The position numbers and the translations under genes are program-made. The notes beneath the pieces were generated by a model. It was not told the origin of the DNA. It saw only the letters and a program-made list of their open reading frames with translations, and searched no databases. This document shows positions 20,823 to 31,974 of a stretch of DNA of 64,000 bases, piece after piece (position 1 is the stretch's first letter; each line of letters starts with the position of its first letter). Location of the stretch: sequence record SRR22947727_261. The stretch is one strand, 5' to 3'.

Positions 20823-21426
20823 ATATTATTTAAATATTTTTATTACTACTGTATTCATAGAGAATATTGCTTTATCAGTATTCTTGGGAATGTGCACATT
20901 TATAGCTATATCAAAGAAAATTGATGCTGCATTAGGTTTAGGCATTGCGGTTATTGTGGTCTGTCTTATAACCGTTCCTCTTAATAATCTTATATATAAT
21001 TTCATTCTTAGAGATGGAGCTCTAGCTTGGGCTGGACTTCCCAATACTAATTTGGAGTTTGTTGAGTTAATAAGCTATATAGGAGTAATTGCTGCTGTAG
21101 TGCAAATTCTTGAAATGTTTTTAGATAAATATGTTCCTGCTTTATATAATGCATTGGGTGTCTTTTTGCCTTTAATTACTGTTAATTGTGCAATTTTAGG
21201 CGCATCACTCTTTATGATAGAAAAAGATTTATTATTTGGAGAAAGTGTTGTTTATGGTCTTGGAGCTGGTTTTGGATGGGCTATGGCAATAGTAATTCTT
21301 GCTGGTATTAGAGAAAAGTTAAAGTATTCTGATATTCCTGAGGGACTAAAAGGTTTAGGAGCAACATTTATCATTGTAGGTCTTATGAGTTTTGGGTTTA
21401 TGTCATTTGGAGGTATATCTCTTTAA
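20815..21426 (+). CDS. nqrE: Na+-NQR subunit E
   Basis: [28 protein letters not shown]. Confidence 0.97.
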   Translation: MFEYYLNIFITTVFIENIALSVFLGMCTFIAISKKIDAALGLGIAVIVVCLITVPLNNLIYNFILRDGALAWAGLPNTNLEFVELISYIGVIAAVVQILEMFLDKYVPALYNALGVFLPLITVNCAILGASLFMIEKDLLFGESVVYGLGAGFGWAMAIVILAGIREKLKYSDIPEGLKGLGATFIIVGLMSFGFMSFGGISL

Positions 21427-21441
21427 AATAAGGAGTTAATT

Positions 21442-22668
21442 ATGCAGATTGATTTATTACTTGGAGTTATTTCTTTTTCAGGAATAGTTCTCGCTTTGGT
21501 TGCAGTCATTATTGCTGCTAGATCTAAACTTGTATCAACGGGAAATGTTTCTATTGAAATTAATGGAGATTCTTCAAATCCAATTGTAGTTCCTGCCGGA
21601 TCAAAACTTCTCCAAACACTAGCAGAAAATAAAATCTTTTTATCTTCAGCTTGCGGTGGTGGTGGAACTTGCAGTCAATGCAAGTGTGTTGTTCTTGATG
21701 GTGGTGGATCAATTCTACCTACTGAAGAATCTCATTTTAATTCTAGAGAAAAAAATGAAGGTTGGAGACTTTCGTGCCAAGTTCCTGTTAAAAGTGATAT
21801 GAAGATAGAAGTGCCAGAAGAGATTTTTGGTGTTAAAGAGTGGGAGTGTGAGGTTTTATCTAATGATAATGTCGCAACTTTCATTAAAGAGCTGGTTTTA
21901 AAATTACCAGAGGGTGAAAATGTTGATTTTAGAGCTGGTGGTTATGTTCAACTTGAAGCACCTGCTTATGAAATTGACTATAAATCTTTTAATATACAAG
22001 AGGAGTATCATGGTGATTGGGATAAATTTAAAATTTGGGATAACAAATCCATTAATCCCGAACCAGTTATAAGAGCTTACTCGATGGCTAACTATCCTGA
22101 AGAGAAGGGCGTTATAAAGTTTAATATTCGAATTGCATCTCCACCTCCTGGCAGTGATTTTCCGCCAGGTATAATGTCAACTTGGACATTTAATTTAAAA
22201 CCTGGTGATAAAGTTAAAGTATTTGGTCCTTTTGGTGAATTCTTTGCAAAAGAAACTAAAAATGAAATGGTATTTGTTGGTGGTGGTGCTGGTATGGCAC
22301 CTATGAGATCTCACATATTTGATCAATTGCTACGAATCCATACTGATAGAAAAATATCATTTTGGTATGGAGCCAGAAGCTTAAAAGAAATGTTTTACGT
22401 TGAAGAATTCAATGACCTAGCAGAAAAATATGATAATTTTGAATGGCATGTTGCTTTATCAGATCCTCAACCTGAAGATGACTGGGATGGTGATACTGGC
22501 TTTATTCATAATATCTTATATGAAAATTATTTAAAAAATCATGAAGCTCCAGAAGATTGTGAATATTATATGTGTGGACCTCCTATGATGAATAAAGCAG
22601 TAATAGATCTTCTTACAAATATTGGCGTAGAACCAGAAAACATTGCTCTCGACGATTTTGGCGGCTAG
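21442..22668 (+). CDS. nqrF: Na+-NQR subunit F
   Basis: [36 protein letters not shown], terminal DDFGG. Confidence 0.98.
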   Translation: MQIDLLLGVISFSGIVLALVAVIIAARSKLVSTGNVSIEINGDSSNPIVVPAGSKLLQTLAENKIFLSSACGGGGTCSQCKCVVLDGGGSILPTEESHFNSREKNEGWRLSCQVPVKSDMKIEVPEEIFGVKEWECEVLSNDNVATFIKELVLKLPEGENVDFRAGGYVQLEAPAYEIDYKSFNIQEEYHGDWDKFKIWDNKSINPEPVIRAYSMANYPEEKGVIKFNIRIASPPPGSDFPPGIMSTWTFNLKPGDKVKVFGPFGEFFAKETKNEMVFVGGGAGMAPMRSHIFDQLLRIHTDRKISFWYGARSLKEMFYVEEFNDLAEKYDNFEWHVALSDPQPEDDWDGDTGFIHNILYENYLKNHEAPEDCEYYMCGPPMMNKAVIDLLTNIGVEPENIALDDFGG

Positions 22669-22674
22669 TTAAAT

Positions 22675-23661
22675 TTGTTATCAAGAAAAGTTATATCAAA
22701 AATAATTGCCCTTATTGTTGGCTTAATTTGTATTTATATAGCTTATAGTTCTAATACAAACAAAATCTATGAAATCAAAGGATCAGCATATGGAACGAGT
22801 TGGTCTGTTGTCTCAACATCATTTATTGCTGATCATCATGAAAAGAATATTATTAAGATAATTGATCATGTTGATGAGATCGCATCTAATTATAAAATAG
22901 ATTCTGAAATAGCAATCGTTAATCAACTACCCGTAGATGAAGAATTAACCATAAGTAGTAATTTATTTAATATTCTCAATATAGCCAGTGAAATTAATAA
23001 GCTTTCAAATGGCTCATACAATATTATGCTTGGAAAAATTTCTAGTAGATTGGGTTTTGCTCCAAACTTTGATAAGGATTTAAATCAGAACGATGATGGA
23101 GGCTACACATTAACTAAAAATAAATCACTAATTAAAGAATCTTCAAATTGGTTTGATTTATCATCAATTGCAAAAGGCTACGCTGTACAACTAATTCATG
23201 ATTATTTAATAAACAATAATTTATCTAATCACTTAATTGATATAGGTGGGGAATTAATTACTCACGGTTCAAATCATGATGATCCATGGATAATAGGTAT
23301 CCAAGATCCTTATTCATTTGAAGAAAAAGCAATTTATGTTTTAAGAAATAATAATAATTTCTTGGCTATAGCAACCTCTGGTGAGTATAGAAATTATAAG
23401 ATTTCTGATACCAATAAAGTTACACATACTATAGACCCTAAAACATTAAAGTCCATTGATTCAAAAATTCTATCAGTTACAGTGGCTCACGAATACTCCG
23501 CTACATATGCAGATGCTTTGGCAACTGCTTTTAATGTTATTGGATATCCAGATGCTATTAAATACGCTAATAACAATAATATTGCATTGATGTTAGTTGT
23601 TGATATTGACGGTGGTGCAGAATTAATTTTTTCTAATAAATGGTATGATTTAAACTTATGA
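22675..23661 (+). CDS. apbE: FAD:protein FMN transferase
   Basis: DLSSIAKGY, DIGGE, ATSGEYR, HTIDPKT, ADALATA. Follows nqrF. Confidence 0.93.
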   Translation: MLSRKVISKIIALIVGLICIYIAYSSNTNKIYEIKGSAYGTSWSVVSTSFIADHHEKNIIKIIDHVDEIASNYKIDSEIAIVNQLPVDEELTISSNLFNILNIASEINKLSNGSYNIMLGKISSRLGFAPNFDKDLNQNDDGGYTLTKNKSLIKESSNWFDLSSIAKGYAVQLIHDYLINNNLSNHLIDIGGELITHGSNHDDPWIIGIQDPYSFEEKAIYVLRNNNNFLAIATSGEYRNYKISDTNKVTHTIDPKTLKSIDSKILSVTVAHEYSATYADALATAFNVIGYPDAIKYANNNNIALMLVVDIDGGAELIFSNKWYDLNL

Positions 23662-23840
23662 ATACATTTATTGCTGCATTTATAGTTATAGGTACTGCTT
23701 TTGCAGGGTTGGCGATTGGATTGATACTTAGAAATAAACCAATTAAAGGTTCGTGCGGAGGTGTTATGACCTCAGAAGATGGAGTTTGTACAATTTGTGG
23801 CAAGACAGAAATTAATTCTTGTTCTAAAACTGATTCATAG
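23658..23840 (+). CDS. nqrM: Na+-NQR maturation protein
   Basis: TM helix, then IKGSCGG...C.IC. Follows apbE. Confidence 0.88.
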   Translation: MNTFIAAFIVIGTAFAGLAIGLILRNKPIKGSCGGVMTSEDGVCTICGKTEINSCSKTDS

Positions 23841-25404
23841 TATTGTCTTCACCAGCTGCTTTCAATGCAGCCTCACCAGCAAAATATTCTTTATGATCAT
23901 CTCCCATATCAGATCCTGACATGTTTTGATGTTTAACACACGCAATTCCTTCTCTAATCTCTTTTCTTTGAACATTAGCTACATAGCCCAACATTCCCTG
24001 GTCACCAAAATATTCTTTTGCTAAATTATCGGTTGATAAAGCAGCAGTATGATAAGTTGGTAGTGTTATTAAATGATGAAAAATTCCTGCTTCTCTTGCA
24101 GCATCAGCTTGGAAGGTTCGTATTTTATTATCTGCCTCTATTGCTAATTCAGTCTCATCATAAGAAACATTCATAAGATCATTTCTGTCATATGCTGTAA
24201 TATCTTTACCTTCTTTTTCCATTGAATCAAAAACTTGTTGTCTAAAGTTTAGAGTCCAGTTGAAAGAAGGACTATTGTTGTATACAAGTTTTGCATTTGG
24301 AACAACTTTTTTAATTTCATCCATCATTGCTCCAATTTGGCCAATATGAGGTTTTTCTGTCTCTATCCAGATTAAGTCTGCACCATTTTGTAAACTAGTT
24401 ATAGAATCTAAGATACAGCGAGCTTCACCAGTACCTTCTTTAAATTGATACAGATTACTTGGAAGTCTTTTGGGCCTAACAAGCTTTCCATCTTGATTAA
24501 TCATTACATCACCATGCTTCATGCTTGATCCTTCAACCTCTTCAACATCTAAAAATGAGTTGTACTGGTCTCCTAAATCTCCTTTCTCGTTGGTTATAGC
24601 AATTTGTTTAGTTAAGCCTGCGCCTAGTGAGTCTGTTCTTGCAACTATGATTCCGTCATCTACACCGAGCTCTAAAAATGCGTATCTAACTGCATTAATT
24701 TTAGCAAGGAAGTCTGCATGAGGAACAGTAACCTTTCCATCTTGGTGACCACATTGTTTTTCATCAGAAACCTGATTTTCAATTTGAATAGCGCATGCTC
24801 CTGCCTCAATCATCTGTTTTGCCATTAAGTAGGTAGCTTCTTCATTACCAAAACCTGCATCTATATCTGCAATTATTGGAACAACATGTGTTTGAAAATT
24901 ATCTATATTATTTTGTATTTCTTGTTTATCAGATTCATTTGCCTTATCTAATTTTCTATATAGATCACCTAATTCTCTTGCATCTGCCTGTCTTAAGAAT
25001 GTATATAGCTCAGCAATTAAACTAGCAACAGATGTTTTTTCATGCATGGATTGATCCGGAAGAGGGCCAAATTCTGATCTAAGTGCAGCAATCATCCATC
25101 CTGATAAGTATAAATATTTTTTTTCAGTTGTTTGAAAATGTTTCTTGATAGATATTAATTTTTGTTGGCCAATAAAACCATGCCAACAGCCAAGTGACTG
25201 TGTATATTTAGATGAATCTTTATCGTATTCATTCATATCTTTTCTCATAATTGCAGCTGTATATTTTGCTATGTCTAATCCAGTTTTAAAACGATTCTGC
25301 ATTCTCATTCTTGCAACATATTCTGGACTTATTGAGCTCCAGTTTGAAGTAGACATCTCTGGAATATTTGATGCATTATTTTTATTATCTATATGTTTTG
25401 TCAT
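23824..25404 (-). CDS. aceA: isocitrate lyase, long (Pseudomonas-like) type
   Basis: YLSGWM, DIDAGFG, QIENQVSDEKQCGH, VARTD, YNNSPSFNW. Confidence 0.97.
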   Translation of the reverse strand: MTKHIDNKNNASNIPEMSTSNWSSISPEYVARMRMQNRFKTGLDIAKYTAAIMRKDMNEYDKDSSKYTQSLGCWHGFIGQQKLISIKKHFQTTEKKYLYLSGWMIAALRSEFGPLPDQSMHEKTSVASLIAELYTFLRQADARELGDLYRKLDKANESDKQEIQNNIDNFQTHVVPIIADIDAGFGNEEATYLMAKQMIEAGACAIQIENQVSDEKQCGHQDGKVTVPHADFLAKINAVRYAFLELGVDDGIIVARTDSLGAGLTKQIAITNEKGDLGDQYNSFLDVEEVEGSSMKHGDVMINQDGKLVRPKRLPSNLYQFKEGTGEARCILDSITSLQNGADLIWIETEKPHIGQIGAMMDEIKKVVPNAKLVYNNSPSFNWTLNFRQQVFDSMEKEGKDITAYDRNDLMNVSYDETELAIEADNKIRTFQADAAREAGIFHHLITLPTYHTAALSTDNLAKEYFGDQGMLGYVANVQRKEIREGIACVKHQNMSGSDMGDDHKEYFAGEAALKAAGEDNTMNQF

Positions 25405-25514
25405 TAGAACACCCTATAAGAAAAGATTATGTAGTGTAGTAAATATTATTAGGTATTTTATGTCAACATAAACATATAAACATTGATTTAAAAGGGTTTA
25501 TAGATATTATTATT

Positions 25515-25529
25515 TGTAGTTTGACTACA
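25515..25529. promoter_or_regulatory. HexR/RccR-like palindrome upstream of aceA
   Basis: TGTAGT-TTG-ACTACA with perfect arms. A further ATGTAGTG half-site lies at 25429-25436, and TTGACA on the minus strand at 25461-25466. Confidence 0.6.
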
Positions 25530-25544
25530 GTTTAATGGTAGCAA

Positions 25545-26900
25545 TTAGCTTTTTGATAATTCTCTGGAAATTCCAATATACAACTTTGGCTCTAATGATA
25601 ATAACTTTTCTTTTGATTTGATTGTTATGTCGAGAGATTCAACAAAACTCATATAGCTATCCTTGTTTAATTTTGCCCCTCTAGAAAGGTTTTTAAGTTG
25701 TTCATAAGCATCAGGAATACCCTCGTATCTCATTATTGTCTGAACTGCCTCAGTTAAAACTTCCCAATTATCGTCGAGCTCATAAGAAATTTTAGATTTA
25801 TTAGGTATAATTTTTTCAAGTCCTTTATTTGTTGAAACTAATGCAAGAGCAGAATATCCAAAGCCTAATCCTATATTTCTCAGAACAGTTGAATCAGAAA
25901 GATCTCTTTGATGCCTTGATATAGTTAGCTTATTGGCAAAAAATTCCATCAATGCATTAGATAATCCAAAGTTTCCTTCTGCATTTTCAAAATCTATTGG
26001 ATTAACTTTATGCGGCATAGTAGAAGATCCAACTTCGTTCTTTAAAAGTTTTAATGAAAAGATATCATTTGATATGTATATCCAGACATCCTGACATAGA
26101 TCAATAAAAATATTATTTAACCTCATAATTGTATGACTAACATCGGCAATCCAATCATGTGGTTCAATTTGGGTTGTGTATTCATTATGTGTAACTCCAA
26201 ATTTATTTATAAATTTTTTATTAAATTTAACCCAATTAATTTTTTCATCTACAATTTTAAACGTATGATAATTCCCGGTCGCTCCACTAAACTTTGCAAG
26301 AGGCTTAATTGACTTTAAATGATTTAATTCTCTGTTAACTCTTTCATGAAAAACTTTAAACTCTTTACCTAATGTCGAAGGGGAGGCTGCTTGACCATGA
26401 GTTCTAGCTAAAAATGGTTGACTAGCCCATCTAATTGAATTTCTTTTTAAAGATCTATTTACTTTATTAAGATCATTAATAAATATTGATATACCTTTTT
26501 TTATCATATATGCATAGCTTAAAGAATTTATATCTTCACTTGTTAAGCCAAAATGAATGAGATGAGTATAGGTTGCAAGAACTTTATCTTTTAAAAAGTG
26601 ATCTCTTATATAGTACTCTACGGCCTTAACATCATGATTGGTTGTTGATTCAATCTTTTTTATACTTAATACTGATTTGTTATCAAAATTATTTTTAAAT
26701 GCATTTATCTTTTTAATAGATTCTTTTGATATTGGCTTAAATGTTTTTGGTAATTGAGTACATAAATATAGAATCCATTCAATTTCTATATCAAATCTTA
26801 TTTTTATAAGAGCAGACTCGCTGAAGTTCTGTCTTAAAGCAGATATTTTTGAGGCGTATCTACTATCAAGTGGTGAAATGTTATCGTGATGAAATTTCAT
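25545..26900 (-). CDS. purB: adenylosuccinate lyase
   Basis: SPLDSRY, TNHDVKAVEY, RTHGQ, GSSTMPHKVNPIDFEN. Confidence 0.98.
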   Translation of the reverse strand: MKFHHDNISPLDSRYASKISALRQNFSESALIKIRFDIEIEWILYLCTQLPKTFKPISKESIKKINAFKNNFDNKSVLSIKKIESTTNHDVKAVEYYIRDHFLKDKVLATYTHLIHFGLTSEDINSLSYAYMIKKGISIFINDLNKVNRSLKRNSIRWASQPFLARTHGQAASPSTLGKEFKVFHERVNRELNHLKSIKPLAKFSGATGNYHTFKIVDEKINWVKFNKKFINKFGVTHNEYTTQIEPHDWIADVSHTIMRLNNIFIDLCQDVWIYISNDIFSLKLLKNEVGSSTMPHKVNPIDFENAEGNFGLSNALMEFFANKLTISRHQRDLSDSTVLRNIGLGFGYSALALVSTNKGLEKIIPNKSKISYELDDNWEVLTEAVQTIMRYEGIPDAYEQLKNLSRGAKLNKDSYMSFVESLDITIKSKEKLLSLEPKLYIGISRELSKS

Positions 26901-26940
26901 AAAGTTTTGTATTATCTTTTAAATTCTTAAGAATTATATA

Positions 26941-28020
26941 TCAAAAAGTATTGGTAATAATTCCCCCACCCAAACATATATTATTATTATAAAAAACTGC
27001 AGATTGACCAGGTGCAATAGCTCTAATTGGATCAGAAAATAATATTTTATAAATATCGTTATCATAAATAATTTTACAATTGACGGGAGTATGCTGATGC
27101 CTTACCTGTATACTGCAATCTAAAGGTAGTTTGTAGTTTATATTATTTATCCAGTTTATATTTTCTACATACAAACCTTCATTCATCAGTAGTTTATTAC
27201 TCCCACCCTGACATACATGAACAACATTTTTAATAATATCTTTCTTGTATACATACCAGGGTAGTTCATCCCTTCCTTTAACACCACCAATCATTAGGCC
27301 TTGTCGTTGTCCTTGTGTATATAGGACAGCCCCTTGATGTTCACCAATAACATTGCCTTCTTCATCTTTAATAGGACCTTTTTTAAGTTTAATAAATCTA
27401 TTTAAAAAGTCTTTTAAATTTCTTTCACCTATAAAGCAAATTCCAACAGAGTCTTTTTTATTTGCTGTTATTAATCCATTATTTTTTGCAATAGCTCGAA
27501 CTTCAGATTTTGTTAAGTTTTCAAGAGGAAATAAACATTTACCAAACTCCTTTTCATTAACTTCGTGTAAGAAATAAGTTTGATCTTTATCTATATCTTT
27601 GGCTCTTGCTAGATATTTGATTCCATTGATAGTTTTTAATTTTGCATAATGCCCAGTTGCTATATAATCAGCTCCTATCTTAAAAGCATAATCAAGAAAT
27701 GATTTAAATTTAATTTCCCTATTGCATAAAATATCTGGGTTTGGAGTTCTTCCTTTTTCATGCTCGCTAAGAAAGTTTGTAAATACTCTATCCCAATACT
27801 CATCTGAAAAATTTGCTCGATGTAACGGGATATTTAGCTTGTCACATACATCAGACGCATCTTTGAAATCTATCTCAGAAGTGCAAATCTCACCAGGTTC
27901 TGATTGCCAATTTTGCATAAATAATGCTTTAACATCATATCCAGCTTCTTTTAATAAAAAGGCAGATACTGATGAGTCCACACCTCCAGAAAGACCTACA
28001 ACAACTGTTTTTTTACTCAT
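26941..28020 (-). CDS. mnmA: tRNA 2-thiouridine synthase
   Basis: SGGVDSS, TPNPDILCN, ATGHYA, KDQTYFL, PGQSAVFY. Confidence 0.98.
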   Translation of the reverse strand: MSKKTVVVGLSGGVDSSVSAFLLKEAGYDVKALFMQNWQSEPGEICTSEIDFKDASDVCDKLNIPLHRANFSDEYWDRVFTNFLSEHEKGRTPNPDILCNREIKFKSFLDYAFKIGADYIATGHYAKLKTINGIKYLARAKDIDKDQTYFLHEVNEKEFGKCLFPLENLTKSEVRAIAKNNGLITANKKDSVGICFIGERNLKDFLNRFIKLKKGPIKDEEGNVIGEHQGAVLYTQGQRQGLMIGGVKGRDELPWYVYKKDIIKNVVHVCQGGSNKLLMNEGLYVENINWINNINYKLPLDCSIQVRHQHTPVNCKIIYDNDIYKILFSDPIRAIAPGQSAVFYNNNICLGGGIITNTF

Positions 28021-28116
28021 TTTCTTTGTTTTTATGCATATTATATTGTATCAATTAATAGTATAATTGTTGCCGTTCAAGTCTCTTAAATCTAAATGTA
28101 AGGACCGTTAATTTAA

Positions 28117-29370
28117 ATGAAATTTAATAAAATAAAGGAACCAAAATCTGGACAAAAAATATCATATATCGATGGTGTATTAAATGTGCCTGACAACCCA
28201 ATTATACCTTACATAGAAGGTGATGGTATTGGTGTTGATATAACACCTCCTATGATAAATGTTGTTGATAATGCAGTAAAAATTGCTTATGAGGGCAAAA
28301 GAAAAATAGAGTGGATGGAAGTTTTTTGTGGTGAAAAATCTACAAAAATTTATGAAAAAGACACTTGGCTACCAGACGAAACAATAGAGGCTCTTAAAGA
28401 ATATGTTGTTAGCATTAAAGGACCTTTAACAACTCCTGTTGGTGGTGGAATAAGATCATTAAATGTTTCACTTCGTCAAATTTTAGATTTGTATGTATGC
28501 CTTAGGCCAATTAGGTATTTTGATGGTGTTCCGTCACCTGTTAAAAGACCACAAGATACTGATATGGTTATTTTTAGAGAAAACTCTGAAGATATATATT
28601 GCGGTATAGAATTTAAAGCAGAATCTGATGAATCTAAGAAAATTGTAAAAACTCTTGAAGAAGAATTTGGAATAGTTCAAATAAGATTCCCTGATACTGT
28701 CGGTATCGGTGTTAAACCAATTTCAAAAGAGGGCACTTCTAGACTTGTAAAAAAAGCTATTGATTATGCGATAGATAATGACAGAAGTTCAGTCACTCTG
28801 GTGCACAAAGGTAATATTATGAAATATACAGAAGGTGCATTTAGGGATTGGGGCTACGAACTTGCAAAGAGTTCATACAATGCATCAGATTTAGATGGTG
28901 GACCCTGGCAAGTAATTAAAAACCCAAAAAATGGTAAAAATATTATTATTAATGACGTTATTTGTGATGCTTTTCTTCAACAAATTCTTCTTAGACCAAA
29001 AGATTATGATGTAATAGCTACTATGAATTTAAATGGAGATTATATCTCTGATGCATTAGCAGCCTGTGTTGGTGGTATAGGTATAGCTCCTGGTGCAAAC
29101 ATATCAGATCAATATGCAGTTTTTGAAGCCACACACGGTACTGCGCCAAAGTATGCCGGTCAAGATAAAGTAAATCCTGGTAGTTTAATTTTATCAGCTG
29201 AAATGATGCTAAGACATATGGGGTGGACTGAAGCTGCAGATTTAATCATATCTTCAATGGAAAAAACCATACTTGCAAAGAAAGTTACCTATGACTTTGA
29301 AAGAATGATGGATGGTGCTGATTTAGTATCATGTTCAGGCTTTGGTGAAGAAATGATAAAAAGGATGTAA
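28117..29370 (+). CDS. icd: NADP-dependent isocitrate dehydrogenase (dimeric)
   Basis: [42 protein letters not shown]. Confidence 0.98.
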   Translation: MKFNKIKEPKSGQKISYIDGVLNVPDNPIIPYIEGDGIGVDITPPMINVVDNAVKIAYEGKRKIEWMEVFCGEKSTKIYEKDTWLPDETIEALKEYVVSIKGPLTTPVGGGIRSLNVSLRQILDLYVCLRPIRYFDGVPSPVKRPQDTDMVIFRENSEDIYCGIEFKAESDESKKIVKTLEEEFGIVQIRFPDTVGIGVKPISKEGTSRLVKKAIDYAIDNDRSSVTLVHKGNIMKYTEGAFRDWGYELAKSSYNASDLDGGPWQVIKNPKNGKNIIINDVICDAFLQQILLRPKDYDVIATMNLNGDYISDALAACVGGIGIAPGANISDQYAVFEATHGTAPKYAGQDKVNPGSLILSAEMMLRHMGWTEAADLIISSMEKTILAKKVTYDFERMMDGADLVSCSGFGEEMIKRM

Positions 29371-29708
29371 TGACAAGACTGTCAAAAGATACCATAGATT
29401 CATCAAATGATTTAGGTTCAGCAGTATTAGAGAAAGACCCAGAACTTAAAGAGCCACCATTATACCAAGTTGTACTCATTAATGATGACTATACACCAAT
29501 GGAGTTTGTCGTATATGTTCTTCAAACAGTCTTTAGTCATACTCATGAAAAATCAACACAAATAATGATGGCAGTTCATACTCAAGGCAAAGGAGTTTGT
29601 GGTATATTTTCTAAAGAGATTGCTGAGATGATGTCATATGAAGTTAATAATATGGCTAAACATCACAACCATCCATTATTGAGTGAAATTGAACCATTAA
29701 GTGATTAA
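29370..29708 (+). CDS. clpS: Clp protease adaptor
   Basis: YQVVLINDDYTPMEFVV, VHTQGKGVCG, HPL. Confidence 0.97.
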   Translation: MTRLSKDTIDSSNDLGSAVLEKDPELKEPPLYQVVLINDDYTPMEFVVYVLQTVFSHTHEKSTQIMMAVHTQGKGVCGIFSKEIAEMMSYEVNNMAKHHNHPLLSEIEPLSD

Positions 29709-29710
29709 AT

Positions 29711-31957
29711 ATGTTTAGTAAAGATTTAGAAGTTTCGATAGCAAATTTATTTGATAAAGCCAACGAAATAAACATACAGTACCTCACTGTAGAACATCTA
29801 TTTTTAATGATTTTAAATGACTTTGATGTTAAAGACTTTATTGAATCTAACGATGTAAAGGTCGAATCATTAAAAGATGAATTAAATGATCATTTAAAAA
29901 AATCCAGCATCATGAGGGCCGACACTCAGAAACCAGTTCAACCAACACTTGGTTTTCAAAGGGTTTTACAAAGATCGGTTTTTCATATTCAATCATCCGG
30001 AAAGGGAGTTGTTAAACCGATAAATATTCTTGTTGCCATATTTTCAGAAAAAGAATCGAGATCTGTATACCTTTTAAATAAAAACAATATAAACCGTCTA
30101 GATGTTGTTACCTATATATCGCATGGCTCACCCCAAAAATCTGAACAAAATAACCCTGAATCTATTAATGAAGATGAGGCAGAGGGTCCTACCAAAAAAT
30201 CTGAAGAAAATGCTTACCTTATTAATTTAAACAATCTGGTTAACGAAAATAAGATTGATAACTTAATCGGAAGAACAAAAGAAGTAGAAAGACTTATTCA
30301 AATTCTTTCACGAAGAACTAAAAATAATCCCTTACTTGTTGGAGAATCTGGAGTTGGTAAAACTGCTATTGCTGAAGGCTTAGCATATTTAATTTGCAAT
30401 AATAAAGTGCCAAAAATTTTAGATGATTCAATTATATACTCCTTAGATATTGCTGCTCTAATAGCTGGCACTAAATATAGAGGTGATTTTGAAAAACGAC
30501 TGAAAGAGGTTTTAAAATTTCTTGAAAACAAAGATAAAGCAATTTTATTTATAGATGAAATTCATACCATAATTGGGGCTGGTTCTGCATCAGGCGGCTC
30601 TTTAGATGTATCTAATCTACTAAAACCTGCGCTAGGCAAAGGTTCACTTAGATGTATTGGTTCAACAACTTTTCAAGAATACAGAGGCATCTTTGACCAA
30701 AATCAGGCACTCTCAAGAAGATTTCAAAAGATAGATATAGTAGAACCTTCATATGATGAATGCCTTGAAATACTAGATGGCATAAAAGGTATTTATGAAG
30801 AATATCACAATGTTACTTATTCAATTGATGCAATTAAGTCATCCGTTGATCTCTCATCAAAATATATAAATGATAGATTTTTACCAGATAAAGCTATCGA
30901 TGTAATAGATGAGACTGGAGCAATGTTGAACATAACTAGAAAAAATAAAAAAAATATAACAGTAAATCAAAGAGATATTGAAAAAACAATTTCAAAAATT
31001 ACAAAAATTCCAGAGCAAAGTATTACAGTTTCTGACAAAAAAGACTTAAAGAATTTAGAAGAAAATTTAAAAAGAGTTATTTTTGGCCAAGATCTTGCTG
31101 TTGAGACATTATCTAGCGCTATTAAGCTATCTAGAGTTGGCTTAAGAGATGATAATAAAACAATAGGATCTTTTCTTTTTACCGGTCCCACTGGTGTTGG
31201 TAAAACAGAAATATCAAAACAGCTTTCAGAAATAATGGGAATTGATCTTGTCCGTTTTGATATGAGTGAGTATATGGAACGACATACTGTATCAAGACTT
31301 ATAGGAGCTCCTCCGGGATATGTAGGTTTTGATCAGGGAGGCCTTTTAACAGAAGCTATTGTTAAATCACCTCATTGTGTGTTGCTGCTTGATGAGATTG
31401 AAAAAGCACACCCTGATATATTCAATATACTTCTTCAAGTTATGGATGCTGGCGTTCTTACTGACAATAATGGCAGAAAGGCTGATTTTAGAAATGTAAT
31501 ACTCATTATGACAACCAATATTGGTGCTGAGCTTCTAGCAAAGAGAAATATAGGTTTTAGCGAATCATCTAATGAGACAGATGCAATGAACTCACTAAAT
31601 AAACTCTTTACACCAGAATTTAGAAATAGATTAGATGAGACTATTCAATTTAATTATCTTAAAAAATCAATTATCTTATCTATTGTTGATAAATTCTTAA
31701 CAAAACTTCAAGCTCAGTTAGATAAAAGAAATGTAGAAATAGTTGTCTCCAAAGCAGTTATAAGTTGGATAGCTGATAATGGCTATGACAAAGAGATGGG
31801 TGCTAGACCTATGGAGAGATTTATTTCTAAAAATATTAAAAAACCATTAGTTGATAAATTATTGTTCGGCAATCTTAAGGCTGGTGGACAAATTAAACTA
31901 GATATAGAATCTGACAATCTTAAGTTCACTGAAATAAAAGAGAAGGTTAAAGTCTAG
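29711..31957 (+). CDS. clpA: ATP-dependent Clp protease ATP-binding subunit
   Basis: FQRVLQR, two Walker A motifs (GESGVGKT, GPTGVGKT), IGF loop. Confidence 0.98.
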   Translation: MFSKDLEVSIANLFDKANEINIQYLTVEHLFLMILNDFDVKDFIESNDVKVESLKDELNDHLKKSSIMRADTQKPVQPTLGFQRVLQRSVFHIQSSGKGVVKPINILVAIFSEKESRSVYLLNKNNINRLDVVTYISHGSPQKSEQNNPESINEDEAEGPTKKSEENAYLINLNNLVNENKIDNLIGRTKEVERLIQILSRRTKNNPLLVGESGVGKTAIAEGLAYLICNNKVPKILDDSIIYSLDIAALIAGTKYRGDFEKRLKEVLKFLENKDKAILFIDEIHTIIGAGSASGGSLDVSNLLKPALGKGSLRCIGSTTFQEYRGIFDQNQALSRRFQKIDIVEPSYDECLEILDGIKGIYEEYHNVTYSIDAIKSSVDLSSKYINDRFLPDKAIDVIDETGAMLNITRKNKKNITVNQRDIEKTISKITKIPEQSITVSDKKDLKNLEENLKRVIFGQDLAVETLSSAIKLSRVGLRDDNKTIGSFLFTGPTGVGKTEISKQLSEIMGIDLVRFDMSEYMERHTVSRLIGAPPGYVGFDQGGLLTEAIVKSPHCVLLLDEIEKAHPDIFNILLQVMDAGVLTDNNGRKADFRNVILIMTTNIGAELLAKRNIGFSESSNETDAMNSLNKLFTPEFRNRLDETIQFNYLKKSIILSIVDKFLTKLQAQLDKRNVEIVVSKAVISWIADNGYDKEMGARPMERFISKNIKKPLVDKLLFGNLKAGGQIKLDIESDNLKFTEIKEKVKV

Positions 31958-31974
31958 ACGTTTTCCATGACCTA

